From assembly GCA_030649025.1 (NCBI GenBank), contig JAUSGO010000016.1, positions 4,851 through 68,850 on the forward strand: a DNA stretch of 64,000 nt, read 5' to 3'. Under the pieces are notes generated by a model. The model searched no databases and was not told the DNA's origin. It saw only the letters and a list, made by a program, of their open reading frames with translations. This document shows, piece by piece, positions 47,406 through 55,915 of this stretch (position 1 is the first letter of the stretch; each line of letters opens with the position of its first letter). A program made the translations under genes and the position numbers. Origin of the DNA: a bacterium (lineage in GTDB: Bacteria > Patescibacteriota > Minisyncoccia > JAUYLV01).

Positions 47406-48446
47406 ATGAGATCGGTGACATTCGCAATGGGAGTTCTGGCTGCCCTTTTCATCTGTTCGGACGCGAAGACCCAGACACCCACGTCAAGCGATGAGGGTAT
47501 GGTCGTCACAACGGCCACAGTAGTGACCAAAGGCGGAGACGTAATTGTAAGCCCGCTACTGGAAAAAGAGAATTTTCGCGTATTCGACTGCAAAAACGCA
47601 AAAAAGCGCAAAGATTGCGTTGAACAGGAAATTGTTTTTTTTAGTTCGCCGAAGGAACAGGAACCGATAATCACGGTCCTCACGCTCGATTACTCCCGGA
47701 CCGCCTTTCTTGTCAGTTGTCTCGGTGAGAACGATCCTTACGCATGCGGCTACTATGGCTCGAAGGGCGCCATCGAGGAGGGCCCCATAGCGTTCCTGCA
47801 AAATCTGAAGCCGCAAGATTGGGTGGCGTTCGTGACCTACGACATGAAGCCGGAGGTCGCAGTGGAGTTCACAAAGAACAAGGATGAGGTACGAAACGCC
47901 CTGGCAGGACTTTTTACCATGCCACCGGTATTTTCCGACAGCAACTTGTTCGACACTCTCTTCTACGTGCTCGACCATATCGAGAACGGAGAAAATTTGG
48001 AGGCGCAAAAAAAGCGCGCTACCATTATTCTCGTCTCCACCGGCATTGATACGATGAGCAAGAAAACGTTCGACCAGATGCAAAAACGCCTTAGGGATAC
48101 GCCTGTTGCCATCTACGCGGTACGCATTGGGAAGTCTTACGAGAACCGATCCGGCGCGAACCTGCTACAGGCGGAAAGCCAGCTGAAAGAGATCACGAAC
48201 CTCACGGGAGGAAAAACGTACTCCCCTTCTTTTTCCGGAGAATTCAGGGGCATATTCGGCGACATCTCCGCGATGTTGCGCTCCCAGTACAGCATTGGGT
48301 GGGTACCAAAGAACGTGAAGGCGGATGGAAAATTCCACGAGATTCTTATTGAGGTCACGGGAGATTTTTTGGACAATGCAACGCAAAAACCACTCGAAAT
48401 CAAAGTACGGCATCGCAAGGGATACATTGCGCCAGACAATCGTTAA
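47406..48446 (+). CDS. Secreted VWA-domain protein (acidobacterial VWFA-like)
   Basis: Signal peptide, LEKENFRVF, LDYS MIDAS-like motif, TGG, LRSQYSIG..P....DGKFH.I.I, VRHRKGY. Confidence 0.75.
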   Translation: MRSVTFAMGVLAALFICSDAKTQTPTSSDEGMVVTTATVVTKGGDVIVSPLLEKENFRVFDCKNAKKRKDCVEQEIVFFSSPKEQEPIITVLTLDYSRTAFLVSCLGENDPYACGYYGSKGAIEEGPIAFLQNLKPQDWVAFVTYDMKPEVAVEFTKNKDEVRNALAGLFTMPPVFSDSNLFDTLFYVLDHIENGENLEAQKKRATIILVSTGIDTMSKKTFDQMQKRLRDTPVAIYAVRIGKSYENRSGANLLQAESQLKEITNLTGGKTYSPSFSGEFRGIFGDISAMLRSQYSIGWVPKNVKADGKFHEILIEVTGDFLDNATQKPLEIKVRHRKGYIAPDNR

Positions 48447-48488
48447 AAACCGACTGCGGACATACTCCGCAGTTTTTTTGCCCGTTTC

Positions 48489-48526
48489 TTCTCATTCTCA
48501 CATTCTCAAGAATGTGAGAATGAGAA
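48489..48526. repeat. Perfect palindrome with 18-bp arms
   Basis: TTCTCATTCTCACATTCT-ca-AGAATGTGAGAATGAGAA. Confidence 0.85.
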
Positions 48527-48570
48527 CTATGTTAGTATTGCCAAACTTGCCCCAAGCAGTATACTGTATC

Positions 48571-48644
48571 CGCGGGGTAGAGCAGCCCGGTAGCTCGCAG
48601 GGCTCATAACCCTGAGGTCGTTGGTTCGAATCCAACCCCCGCAA
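48571..48644 (+). tRNA. Initiator tRNA-Met (CAT)
   Basis: CGCGGGGTAGAGCAGCCCGGTAGCTCG-CAGGG-CT-CAT-AA-CCCTG...GGTTCGAATCC-AACCCCCGCAA; C1:A72 mismatch and three G-C pairs in the anticodon stem. Confidence 0.96.
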
Positions 48645-48994
48645 CAAGCAGCGAATCAGCGCAAAAACCCCGAAGGGGGTTTTTGTTTTATCTTGGTACT
48701 CGCTGCGCAGTGGCCATGGCCTCACCAGAGGCCAGTGGCTACACTCAATAACTAAACTCGTAGCGAAGCGGAGAGCTTCATACGATCCGAGCAAAAAACC
48801 GAATCCAACCCCCGCAACAAGCAGCGAATCAGCGCAAAAACCCCGAAGGGGGTTTTTGTTTTATCTTGGTACTCGCTGCGCAGTGGCCATGGCCTCACCA
48901 GAGGCCAGTGGCTACACTCAATAACTAAACTCGTAGCGCAAGCGGAGAGACGAATACGAGCCGAGCAAAAAACCGAATCCAACCCCCGCAACCA
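48627..48994 (+). repeat. Tandem 173/174-bp repeats bounded by tRNA-fMet 3'-end copies
   Basis: CGAATCCAACCCCCGCAAC at 48627, 48800 and 48974; the two units are near-identical except the last ~35 bp. Confidence 0.92.
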
Positions 48995-49073
48995 TTGACG
49001 AATAGTAGATCTCTGTGCTATTCTTTATTTTCCGCAAAGCACTTTCCAAATTAAACTCCGGGGGAGGTTTACA

Positions 49074-49565
49074 ATGCCAAACATTTCCCATGCTTCGCTC
49101 AGCATAGATTTCATTCGATCCCAACAGAAACTTTTCTTGAATCACCCGACGCAATACTGCGAGAAAATATTTACTACCGTCTGTGATTCGGAGGGGTCAG
49201 GTAGAGTTACGGGAATAGTTTACCTTTTGCTGAATCGGCACTATGGTGATCCTGCGTCGCTAGGATTTTTGTTAATCTTGGGATTCCTGGATCGCTTCAA
49301 CGCGCAGAATGGCAATCCTAAATGGCTCACCACATGTTGTGAAGAAATGAACCGCCAAGAAAACCGTAGTACCGTTCGTGAATATGCAATCTTCTTTATA
49401 ACCAATCCCGGATTAGAGATGGAAAAACTCCAGGAAAGTATTGGCAACTTACCCATAAAGACTCTTATCCAGGATGGTGAAGCAAGGTGGGGTCAACAAT
49501 TCACCGTCGGTGCATACTGCGCTCTAGGGATACTGCTTGCCTCAAACAACGAATCTATCCAGTAA
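49074..49565 (+). CDS. Hypothetical protein (cassette between tRNA-end copies)
   Basis: 163 aa; TTGACG-N18-TATTCT promoter and GGAGG SD. Confidence 0.6.
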   Translation: MPNISHASLSIDFIRSQQKLFLNHPTQYCEKIFTTVCDSEGSGRVTGIVYLLLNRHYGDPASLGFLLILGFLDRFNAQNGNPKWLTTCCEEMNRQENRSTVREYAIFFITNPGLEMEKLQESIGNLPIKTLIQDGEARWGQQFTVGAYCALGILLASNNESIQ

Positions 49566-49656
49566 CTAAGGGGTTACACGCTGACCCGCCTGGTATCGCT
49601 CGCCTCGCTAAGACTCGGCGAAGCGGGCCCAGCGGTTTTTTTACCAATTTCTCACA

Positions 49657-49689
49657 GCCGAGCACAAAACCGAATTCAACCCCCGCAAC
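49657..49689 (+). repeat. Fourth tRNA-fMet 3'-end (att-like) copy
   Basis: AGCCGAGCACAAAACCGAATTCAACCCCCGCAAC versus AGCCGAGCAAAAAACCGAATCCAACCCCCGCAAC at 48959-48992; followed by a terminator hairpin at ~49696-49725. Confidence 0.85.
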
Positions 49690-49821
49690 TAAGGAAATAA
49701 CCGCATTTGTGTGCGGTTATTTTTTATAAGGGAATTAGTGGTTTGAACCGCATCTAGTTTTGACAAAGAGATCGCGCTGAGATAGATTGATAATAATTCC
49801 ATTTCGTTTAGGAGGGCAACG

Positions 49822-50163
49822 ATGCCGACTATTAGCAAAGATTTAGCGGAAAGAGAAATCGTTCGGCTGAAGAAACAGAAGCGTCCGAAAGTCTACTGCA
49901 TTGTGCGCTATCAGAACCGTCTCAAAGGAGACGGTGAGAAAATAATGTATTCTGATTATGCCATCTGCTACAAGCGTGAGCATTACGACTCACTCATGCG
50001 AAGCGGCTTCATCGGTGGAATCGATGTGCTGTGGGCAAGTGAAAAGTTCAAAACAGAAAATAGATCGGAGGAAATGGACGAGGGGGACATTGAAGATTAT
50101 TTACTCTCCGACGAGTTCATAAAATCGTTAAAGAAGAAAAAAATCCTTCGCCGCCGCAAGTAG
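49822..50163 (+). CDS. Hypothetical protein
   Basis: 113 aa; TTGACA-N17-TAGATT promoter and AGGAGG SD. Confidence 0.6.
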   Translation: MPTISKDLAEREIVRLKKQKRPKVYCIVRYQNRLKGDGEKIMYSDYAICYKREHYDSLMRSGFIGGIDVLWASEKFKTENRSEEMDEGDIEDYLLSDEFIKSLKKKKILRRRK

Positions 50164-50441
50164 CTCATAGAGCGAAAGCGGTTTTTTCATATCTCAAGCT
50201 GTGCTAAATGAGTAGATCTCTCCCAAAAAAGCCATAATCTGTTGCCAAGTACGTCCGAGTTCCGTAATAAAGCCGGTGAAGCAGTCGAGAAGTCGGCTGT
50301 TTCTCTTTTTGTATTGCTGTTTTTCGGCGGTTTAAAACATTTTCGAATTATTTTTAATTTATTTTAATATTGCTTGAATGGCTGTGATTTGACGTGTGCG
50401 CCTAAAGTTCCGCGCTCATGCTATACTAAGAAGGCTCGTGT

Positions 50442-51365
50442 ATGACCCTCCGTTCTCTCCATTTAAAGCATATTTTACTTCTGGCTCTTGGCGGCATAAC
50501 TGCTGCGGTTTTTTTAGGAGAAGTACTTTTTTTTCTATGGCATTCGGGCAAAGTTGAATTGCCATCCTTTATCATACATTCAGCGCGGATTATTTTAGCA
50601 AACATAGCGCCGCAGCCCACAGGTGGCGTAAAACTAGATCTGCCATTCCACCAGCAGGAACATTCGCTCTCTTGCGAAATGGCCAGCCTGAAAAATGCGT
50701 TTTACGCCTATGGACTGGATGTACCGGAAGCGGAAATCATCCGCGCCCTGTCTCTTGATCCCACGCCGCGTAAAAATGGCATATGGGGAGATCCGCAAAA
50801 AGGATTTGTGGGTTCTGTAGATGGACGAGCCCTGGTGGATGGTTATGGGGTTTATGCCGAGCCGATTGCCCGGGTAGGCCTGCGGTGGAAGCGAACCGAG
50901 GTTTTGCAACAACCCAGCGTCCAGGATTTGGCCTACCACATCACCCTTGGTCACCCGATCATCGTTTGGGGCTATTTAGGCCGTGGCCAGAAAGTCTCCT
51001 GGACAACTCCGGAGGGCAAGAGCATTGTTGCGGTTAATGCGGAACATACGCGCCTGGTGTACGGCTTTGAGGGGTCGGCAAGCGATCCTCAGGGATTTTT
51101 CCTAATCGACCCAACCTATGGACATGCATATTGGAAACGCGACGTCTTTATGGAAAATTGGGAAGCGCTGGATCGCATGGCGGTAGTGGTTTATCCGCAT
51201 CCGCGCTGGGTGCGCGCAACCGGCACCCGGGAGATTTGGGAAATTTCGAAAGATGGTAAAACGCGGCGCCATGTCGGCGAGGAAGAATTTATGCAAAGCG
51301 GGGGTTTTCCGGAAGCGGTGAAAGAGATACTGGTGGAAGAATTGGATCGATTTGAAGTGGAATAG
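50442..51365 (+). CDS. C39-like cysteine peptidase, membrane-anchored
   Basis: QEHSLSCEMAS, GDPQKGFVG, EHT, DP motifs. Confidence 0.8.
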   Translation: MTLRSLHLKHILLLALGGITAAVFLGEVLFFLWHSGKVELPSFIIHSARIILANIAPQPTGGVKLDLPFHQQEHSLSCEMASLKNAFYAYGLDVPEAEIIRALSLDPTPRKNGIWGDPQKGFVGSVDGRALVDGYGVYAEPIARVGLRWKRTEVLQQPSVQDLAYHITLGHPIIVWGYLGRGQKVSWTTPEGKSIVAVNAEHTRLVYGFEGSASDPQGFFLIDPTYGHAYWKRDVFMENWEALDRMAVVVYPHPRWVRATGTREIWEISKDGKTRRHVGEEEFMQSGGFPEAVKEILVEELDRFEVE

Positions 51366-51396
51366 ATTTTGCCTGTATCCGTATTGTCATTAGCCT

Positions 51397-52239
51397 ATGC
51401 GCATGCCAAAGAAATTTTTATTGGTTTCGGGATTGCTCTTGGCCATTCTGCTTGGCGGGGGGATTCGGTATGCAAAAAAGCATCGGGAGCGCACCATCAC
51501 TCTGCCTTCAGTTCTGCCGTATGTCAGCCCGAGAACTAGCACAATGACGAGTCCGGTGGCGGAGATGCCTTCCCTGGCGCCGTCCACATCTCGTTCCATT
51601 CCAACTCCCGTGGCGAGTATCCCTTCCTTGCCCAGCGCTACAGTACTTCCCCCCATTTCACCGCCAACACTTGCGGCAGAAGTTAATTTGGCCATTCCTT
51701 TTGCCGTACAAGCCCCCTACCAGAACTGGGAAGCTCCGTATGATGAATTTTGCGAAGAAGCATCCGTGCTTATGGCGGCTAGCTACATTCTGAATCGCAC
51801 CCTCCCGAACGCCGCTACGATAGACGCGGGACTGCTCGCCATTAAAGCATTCGAAGAGGAGCGTTTCGGCTACTATAAAGACACGACCGCGGAAGAGACG
51901 GCTGTAATTTTGCGCGAGTATTTTAATATCTCAAATGTGGCCGTTGTTTACGATCCGACAATTGAGGATATTAAAAAAGCCATTGCCGCAGGCAGGGCGG
52001 TGATAGTACCTGCCGCAGGCAGGCAACTCCTCAATCCGTACTTCCGCCAACCGGGCCCCCTGTACCATATGTTGGTGATCAAAGGCTACCTGCGGGATGG
52101 CACGTTTATTACGAACGACCCGGGCACGCGCCGCGGAGCAGATTTTCTTTATGACCCCGAGGTGTTGCTTGGTGCGGTGCACGACTGGAATGGCGGCGAC
52201 GTTGAAAATGGCCGGAAAGTCATGATTGTTGTGGGGTAA
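51397..52239 (+). CDS. C39-like cysteine peptidase with Pro/Ser linker
   Basis: QAPYQNW...CEEAS, YHMLVIKGY, NDPGTRRG. Confidence 0.8.
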   Translation: MRMPKKFLLVSGLLLAILLGGGIRYAKKHRERTITLPSVLPYVSPRTSTMTSPVAEMPSLAPSTSRSIPTPVASIPSLPSATVLPPISPPTLAAEVNLAIPFAVQAPYQNWEAPYDEFCEEASVLMAASYILNRTLPNAATIDAGLLAIKAFEEERFGYYKDTTAEETAVILREYFNISNVAVVYDPTIEDIKKAIAAGRAVIVPAAGRQLLNPYFRQPGPLYHMLVIKGYLRDGTFITNDPGTRRGADFLYDPEVLLGAVHDWNGGDVENGRKVMIVVG

Positions 52240-52422
52240 GATATTGGATGCTGGACTGCCAAGTTCGGGCGGAGCAATGCGAGTGTCCAAGGACATCACG
52301 CCCGCCCCCTCAACACGATTTGACACACTGGGGATGGTGCGTTATTTTTTTGATGTAGCGCGAAGCTACCTGCTGTGTCCAGATCAACTGTTCACGCAGA
52401 TCTCCAAGAAGGAGGAGTCGCC

Positions 52423-52866
52423 ATGTGGTTCTTTAAACGCAAAGGTCCAGCAAGCGAGATGCAGGCTGCCCAACTTGTCGCCTTTGAAAGGGCGCTCGAT
52501 GTTTTGAACCGTATCAACATCAGATTTCGTCCAGAGATGGCTGAAATGATTCTCTTGTCGCAGCAATTCAATCTGCGCGATAACTGCCCGGTAACGGTCA
52601 CGCAATTCTCAGATTGGGTGAGCGCGAAAGATTGTTCTTGGGCGCAAGGCTCATTTGTATTTCGAGCAGGGGCATTCACTGTGCATATAATTGTTGCGCT
52701 CACCGAAAAAGCAAAAACCAGGTGGATGCCCCACTCAACCACCATAGCAGTTGAGACGGGCGACAAGGTGCGCAGGTTAAGTTTGGGAGACGGAGTCCCT
52801 GCAAAAGATCAGCAAATTCTCTTTGACTTCACCTGCACCGGAGAATTTAGCACGCAGCTGATCTGA
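52423..52866 (+). CDS. Hypothetical protein
   Basis: AGGAGG SD before MWFF; TTGACA at ~52320. Confidence 0.55.
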   Translation: MWFFKRKGPASEMQAAQLVAFERALDVLNRINIRFRPEMAEMILLSQQFNLRDNCPVTVTQFSDWVSAKDCSWAQGSFVFRAGAFTVHIIVALTEKAKTRWMPHSTTIAVETGDKVRRLSLGDGVPAKDQQILFDFTCTGEFSTQLI

Positions 52867-52970
52867 GATTGCTCAAGGCGCCTTAACTGGTGCCTTTTCT
52901 TTTCAAGAAAATTTCACCATCGAATTAAAAAAACCGCTCACGGGGAGCGGTCGGACGAAGTCCGGGGTTC

Positions 52971-54287
52971 TTAGGGATTGGTAAGCCGGAAAAGGGGTTC
53001 GAAGCTCTTCCAGCGTTTCACGAGCGCAGTTACCTGCCTGATGAGTTCGAGGTTTGCGCCGTCTATCTGCCGGATGGCCGTGGAGCTGTCCGGCGACATT
53101 GCCGAGAGAACATCAGTGTGTTTCGCGGTAAATTTGTGGCCGAGTTCGTGGATAAGGTTTGACACAAGAGCGTCGCGCGAGAATCCAGCGTCCCACCAAA
53201 GAAGGAGGAATCCTCTTCCCTCCAGGCCGACATCGCGTTTGAAGCACGTCGCATCTTTTCCACAGTTTTGCGGTTGCAGTATCACGGAATTGGTGAGGAA
53301 TATATTGAGAGTGTTCGGAGCCCTTTTTGCGTTGCTCGCGAACGACCATAGATCGGCGTTCTTTGAAAGAGAGAACGTTTGCGTATCGCGCACGAAAGCG
53401 GCAGTGCCCGTTTGTCGGAAAAAATCTCCGAACGCTTCATTGACGATATCCGTGAGTGCCTCGGGGCGCGTCTCGTCAAGCGGCTCTTCAAGCCATAACG
53501 TTACCGGCAAAGTAAGCACCGGCCTCGGCCGATACCAGAGCACGTAGCGGCTTGCAAGTTGCGATTGGTCCACCGCGGAGACGATGCGAATGTCGTGCTC
53601 GCCGCGAAGCTCGTTTGCCGCTTCGACTGCTTTTGCGTAAGTACGGCCGCAATCTTTTGCTTCCCACCGGATGTCCGGAGCTGGCGCAGCGTCTTGGTAG
53701 ACAACGTGCCACTTCGACTGCACTTGCGAACCGACCCAGAAAAATGACACGGCAGGCCTCGCCTTCCAGCGAGAAGACGCCGGCAATTCATTAAGAGCCG
53801 CCAGTGCGTCTTCCTCCGAAGCAAAGAATCCGGTCGACGCCAAATTTCCGCAATCCGTGCACTGGCCGGGTTGATAGAAAAGCGCGAACTCCGCACTTTG
53901 CGCTGCTTCGTGCCACGATGCATGAAGCCGCCATACGGGAATTGACGAGCGATTGCCGTTTACGAATTCCGAAAGTTCCTCGCGCGATCCCTTTAAAAGC
54001 TGCCAACGTCCTGCGATTTGCGTAAGGGGCTTGCGTGCCGTCAGCACAGCCCAGCGGCCGGAAATCTCCGAAGCCGTGCCGGCTTGATAGACGGTAAAGA
54101 AATCGACCGCTTCGCGGTCTTCCGGAAGCGAGTTTGCAAAAAGCATCGCTTCCTCCGGAGTTGCAAACTGTTCCGATGCTGCAAAACTGGGCGAGACGGA
54201 ATCTTCGGCGCGGGCAGGCACCTGTAGCTCCACGAACCAGACAAACGAGATCGAAAGAGTCACAAGAAGCCTGTAGAGTTTTTGCAT
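52971..54287 (-). CDS. Secreted protein with C-terminal zinc-metallopeptidase-like domain
   Basis: Signal peptide; HELGHKFTAKH followed by SAMSP (Met-turn-like); own SD and terminator. Confidence 0.65.
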   Translation of the reverse strand: MQKLYRLLVTLSISFVWFVELQVPARAEDSVSPSFAASEQFATPEEAMLFANSLPEDREAVDFFTVYQAGTASEISGRWAVLTARKPLTQIAGRWQLLKGSREELSEFVNGNRSSIPVWRLHASWHEAAQSAEFALFYQPGQCTDCGNLASTGFFASEEDALAALNELPASSRWKARPAVSFFWVGSQVQSKWHVVYQDAAPAPDIRWEAKDCGRTYAKAVEAANELRGEHDIRIVSAVDQSQLASRYVLWYRPRPVLTLPVTLWLEEPLDETRPEALTDIVNEAFGDFFRQTGTAAFVRDTQTFSLSKNADLWSFASNAKRAPNTLNIFLTNSVILQPQNCGKDATCFKRDVGLEGRGFLLLWWDAGFSRDALVSNLIHELGHKFTAKHTDVLSAMSPDSSTAIRQIDGANLELIRQVTALVKRWKSFEPLFRLTNP

Positions 54288-54438
54288 GACAGAACCTCCC
54301 TTTTTTGATATGTCAAAGAAAAATACTTAAGTTTCAGTGTCTCATAAAAATAGACCGGACGTCAAGCCACTCACTTTTTAACTAAAAATCCCGCCTATAA
54401 GACGGGAATGTGTCAGAGAGAGCGCTTGAAATGCGAAT

Positions 54439-55170
54439 CTAAGAGCCTAGCTTCCTTCTTCGTTCGCTAAAATCTTCTAGAGCCCGAACAAGCTCATCTT
54501 TCGAAAAATCCGGCCATAACGTCTTGGTGTGGTAACGTTCGGCATTCGCAGAAAGCCACATCAGAAACCCAGCGCTATTATGCGACCACCCGGCCATTTC
54601 TTCTCCGGCACGTATCTCCAAATCCACATCGGGCAAAAATCCCGTCGCAAGAACCGAGAGAAGATTTTTCTCATCCACCGGCAATCCATTTTTAATCATT
54701 TGGGATGCGGCTTCGAGCGTCTCCCGCTTGTCGTTATTTCCGAAAAGAACGGTAAGGTGCCGGCCGGTGAACTCCGCCGTCTCACCCTGAAGGGCACCGA
54801 TGAGCCGATCGAGGCGCTGGACGAGCTTTACAAGACCGCGATCCTCAAGGATCTCTTTCCACCTACCGATGACGCGGAACCTGATACGGTCATTGCGGAG
54901 CCTTTGCGATTTCAGTTCCCCATCCAACCCGTTGGAGAAAATATCGACCAAGGCCTCTACTTCTTTGAGGGCGCGTTTTTGCAGATTGGCTTCCGAGGCA
55001 GCCCAGAACGTAACATAGGGAACGCCGGACTTAAAAACCGCTTGGGTTATCTCTCGAAATTTCTCCTCTCCCTTCTTATGGCCATTCCAGGGAAGCAAAC
55101 CCTTCTTTTTTGCCCATCGCCGATTACCGTCAGGGATGATCGTTATATGCTTGGGAATGTGCTGTGTCAT
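54439..55170 (-). CDS. uppS: cis-prenyltransferase (UppS family), divergent
   Basis: PKHITIIPDGNRRWA, GH..G, TLWPDF. Confidence 0.8.
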   Translation of the reverse strand: MTQHIPKHITIIPDGNRRWAKKKGLLPWNGHKKGEEKFREITQAVFKSGVPYVTFWAASEANLQKRALKEVEALVDIFSNGLDGELKSQRLRNDRIRFRVIGRWKEILEDRGLVKLVQRLDRLIGALQGETAEFTGRHLTVLFGNNDKRETLEAASQMIKNGLPVDEKNLLSVLATGFLPDVDLEIRAGEEMAGWSHNSAGFLMWLSANAERYHTKTLWPDFSKDELVRALEDFSERRRKLGS

Positions 55171-55228
55171 AAAACAGTGCCTCCGGAATTTGTAAGTATA
55201 CAGATGATCCCAAAAGGGTCAACCCCGT

Positions 55229-55909
55229 TTAGTGGTCCGCGTAGAGAAAATTCGAGCTGTTAAGGTCCGGATTCGGACATACAGAACACCAGCCTTTTTC
55301 GGGATCCTGTTCGTGCGAGTACCAGCAATGCTTTGAGCACACTAAAATATCTTCCGGTTCCTCAAGTTGAGCGATAAGTTCGTAATCATCGCCGGTTAAT
55401 GAATAATATCCGTATGAATAATTTCCTTGGATGCGCGGATCCGGAGTATTATTCAGCGGATCACGCGGTAGTCCCGCCAAAAACTCCTGCAGGCTGGTGT
55501 CGGGGTCTTCTTCTTCAAAACAGACATTACAGCCAATCCAGTAGTCCGAGTCTGTGCTGAACTGCCAGGATAGCGTTCCCTTCTTCTTGCTATTTTTTTG
55601 TTTCCCGTAGGCATGTCCCCCACCACCGCCTCCGCCCCCACCACCGCCTCCGCCTTCATCGGTAATTGGATAGTTCTCGAACTTGTCATAATAGAGGCCC
55701 AGACCCAGTTGTATTTGACGCAGGTCTGATTTGCGTTTTGCGTCCCGCGAGCGAATTCTCCCCAACCTAAGAGAGGCAAGCAGCAAGGAAGCAAGAAGTC
55801 CAATGATGGAAATAACGACCAGAAGCTCAATAAGAGTAAATCCTCTGAACCATCGCGTGGCACGAGAACTGAAATGCGGAATCCTGCGCCCTATGCTGTC
55901 TTGCGTCAT
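55229..55909 (-). CDS. Type IV pilin / pseudopilin with poly-Gly insert
   Basis: RG^FTLIELLVVISIIGLLAS, RDAKRKSDL, LPRDP. Confidence 0.85.
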   Translation of the reverse strand: MTQDSIGRRIPHFSSRATRWFRGFTLIELLVVISIIGLLASLLLASLRLGRIRSRDAKRKSDLRQIQLGLGLYYDKFENYPITDEGGGGGGGGGGGGGHAYGKQKNSKKKGTLSWQFSTDSDYWIGCNVCFEEEDPDTSLQEFLAGLPRDPLNNTPDPRIQGNYSYGYYSLTGDDYELIAQLEEPEDILVCSKHCWYSHEQDPEKGWCSVCPNPDLNSSNFLYADH

Positions 55910-55915
55910 ATGCTT

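Noticed and set aside
48498-48991. Two similar minus-strand ORFs (98 and 79 aa)
   Set aside because: They are the tandem repeat and tRNA read antisense.
48627-49689. CRISPR array
   Set aside because: The repeats are tRNA 3'-end copies, the intervals are 173-697 bp with two near-identical, and no cas genes are visible.
50250-50330. Fifth att-like copy or recombinase remnant
   Set aside because: GTCCGAGTTCCG plus a hairpin is only vaguely T-arm-like and does not match the junction tag.
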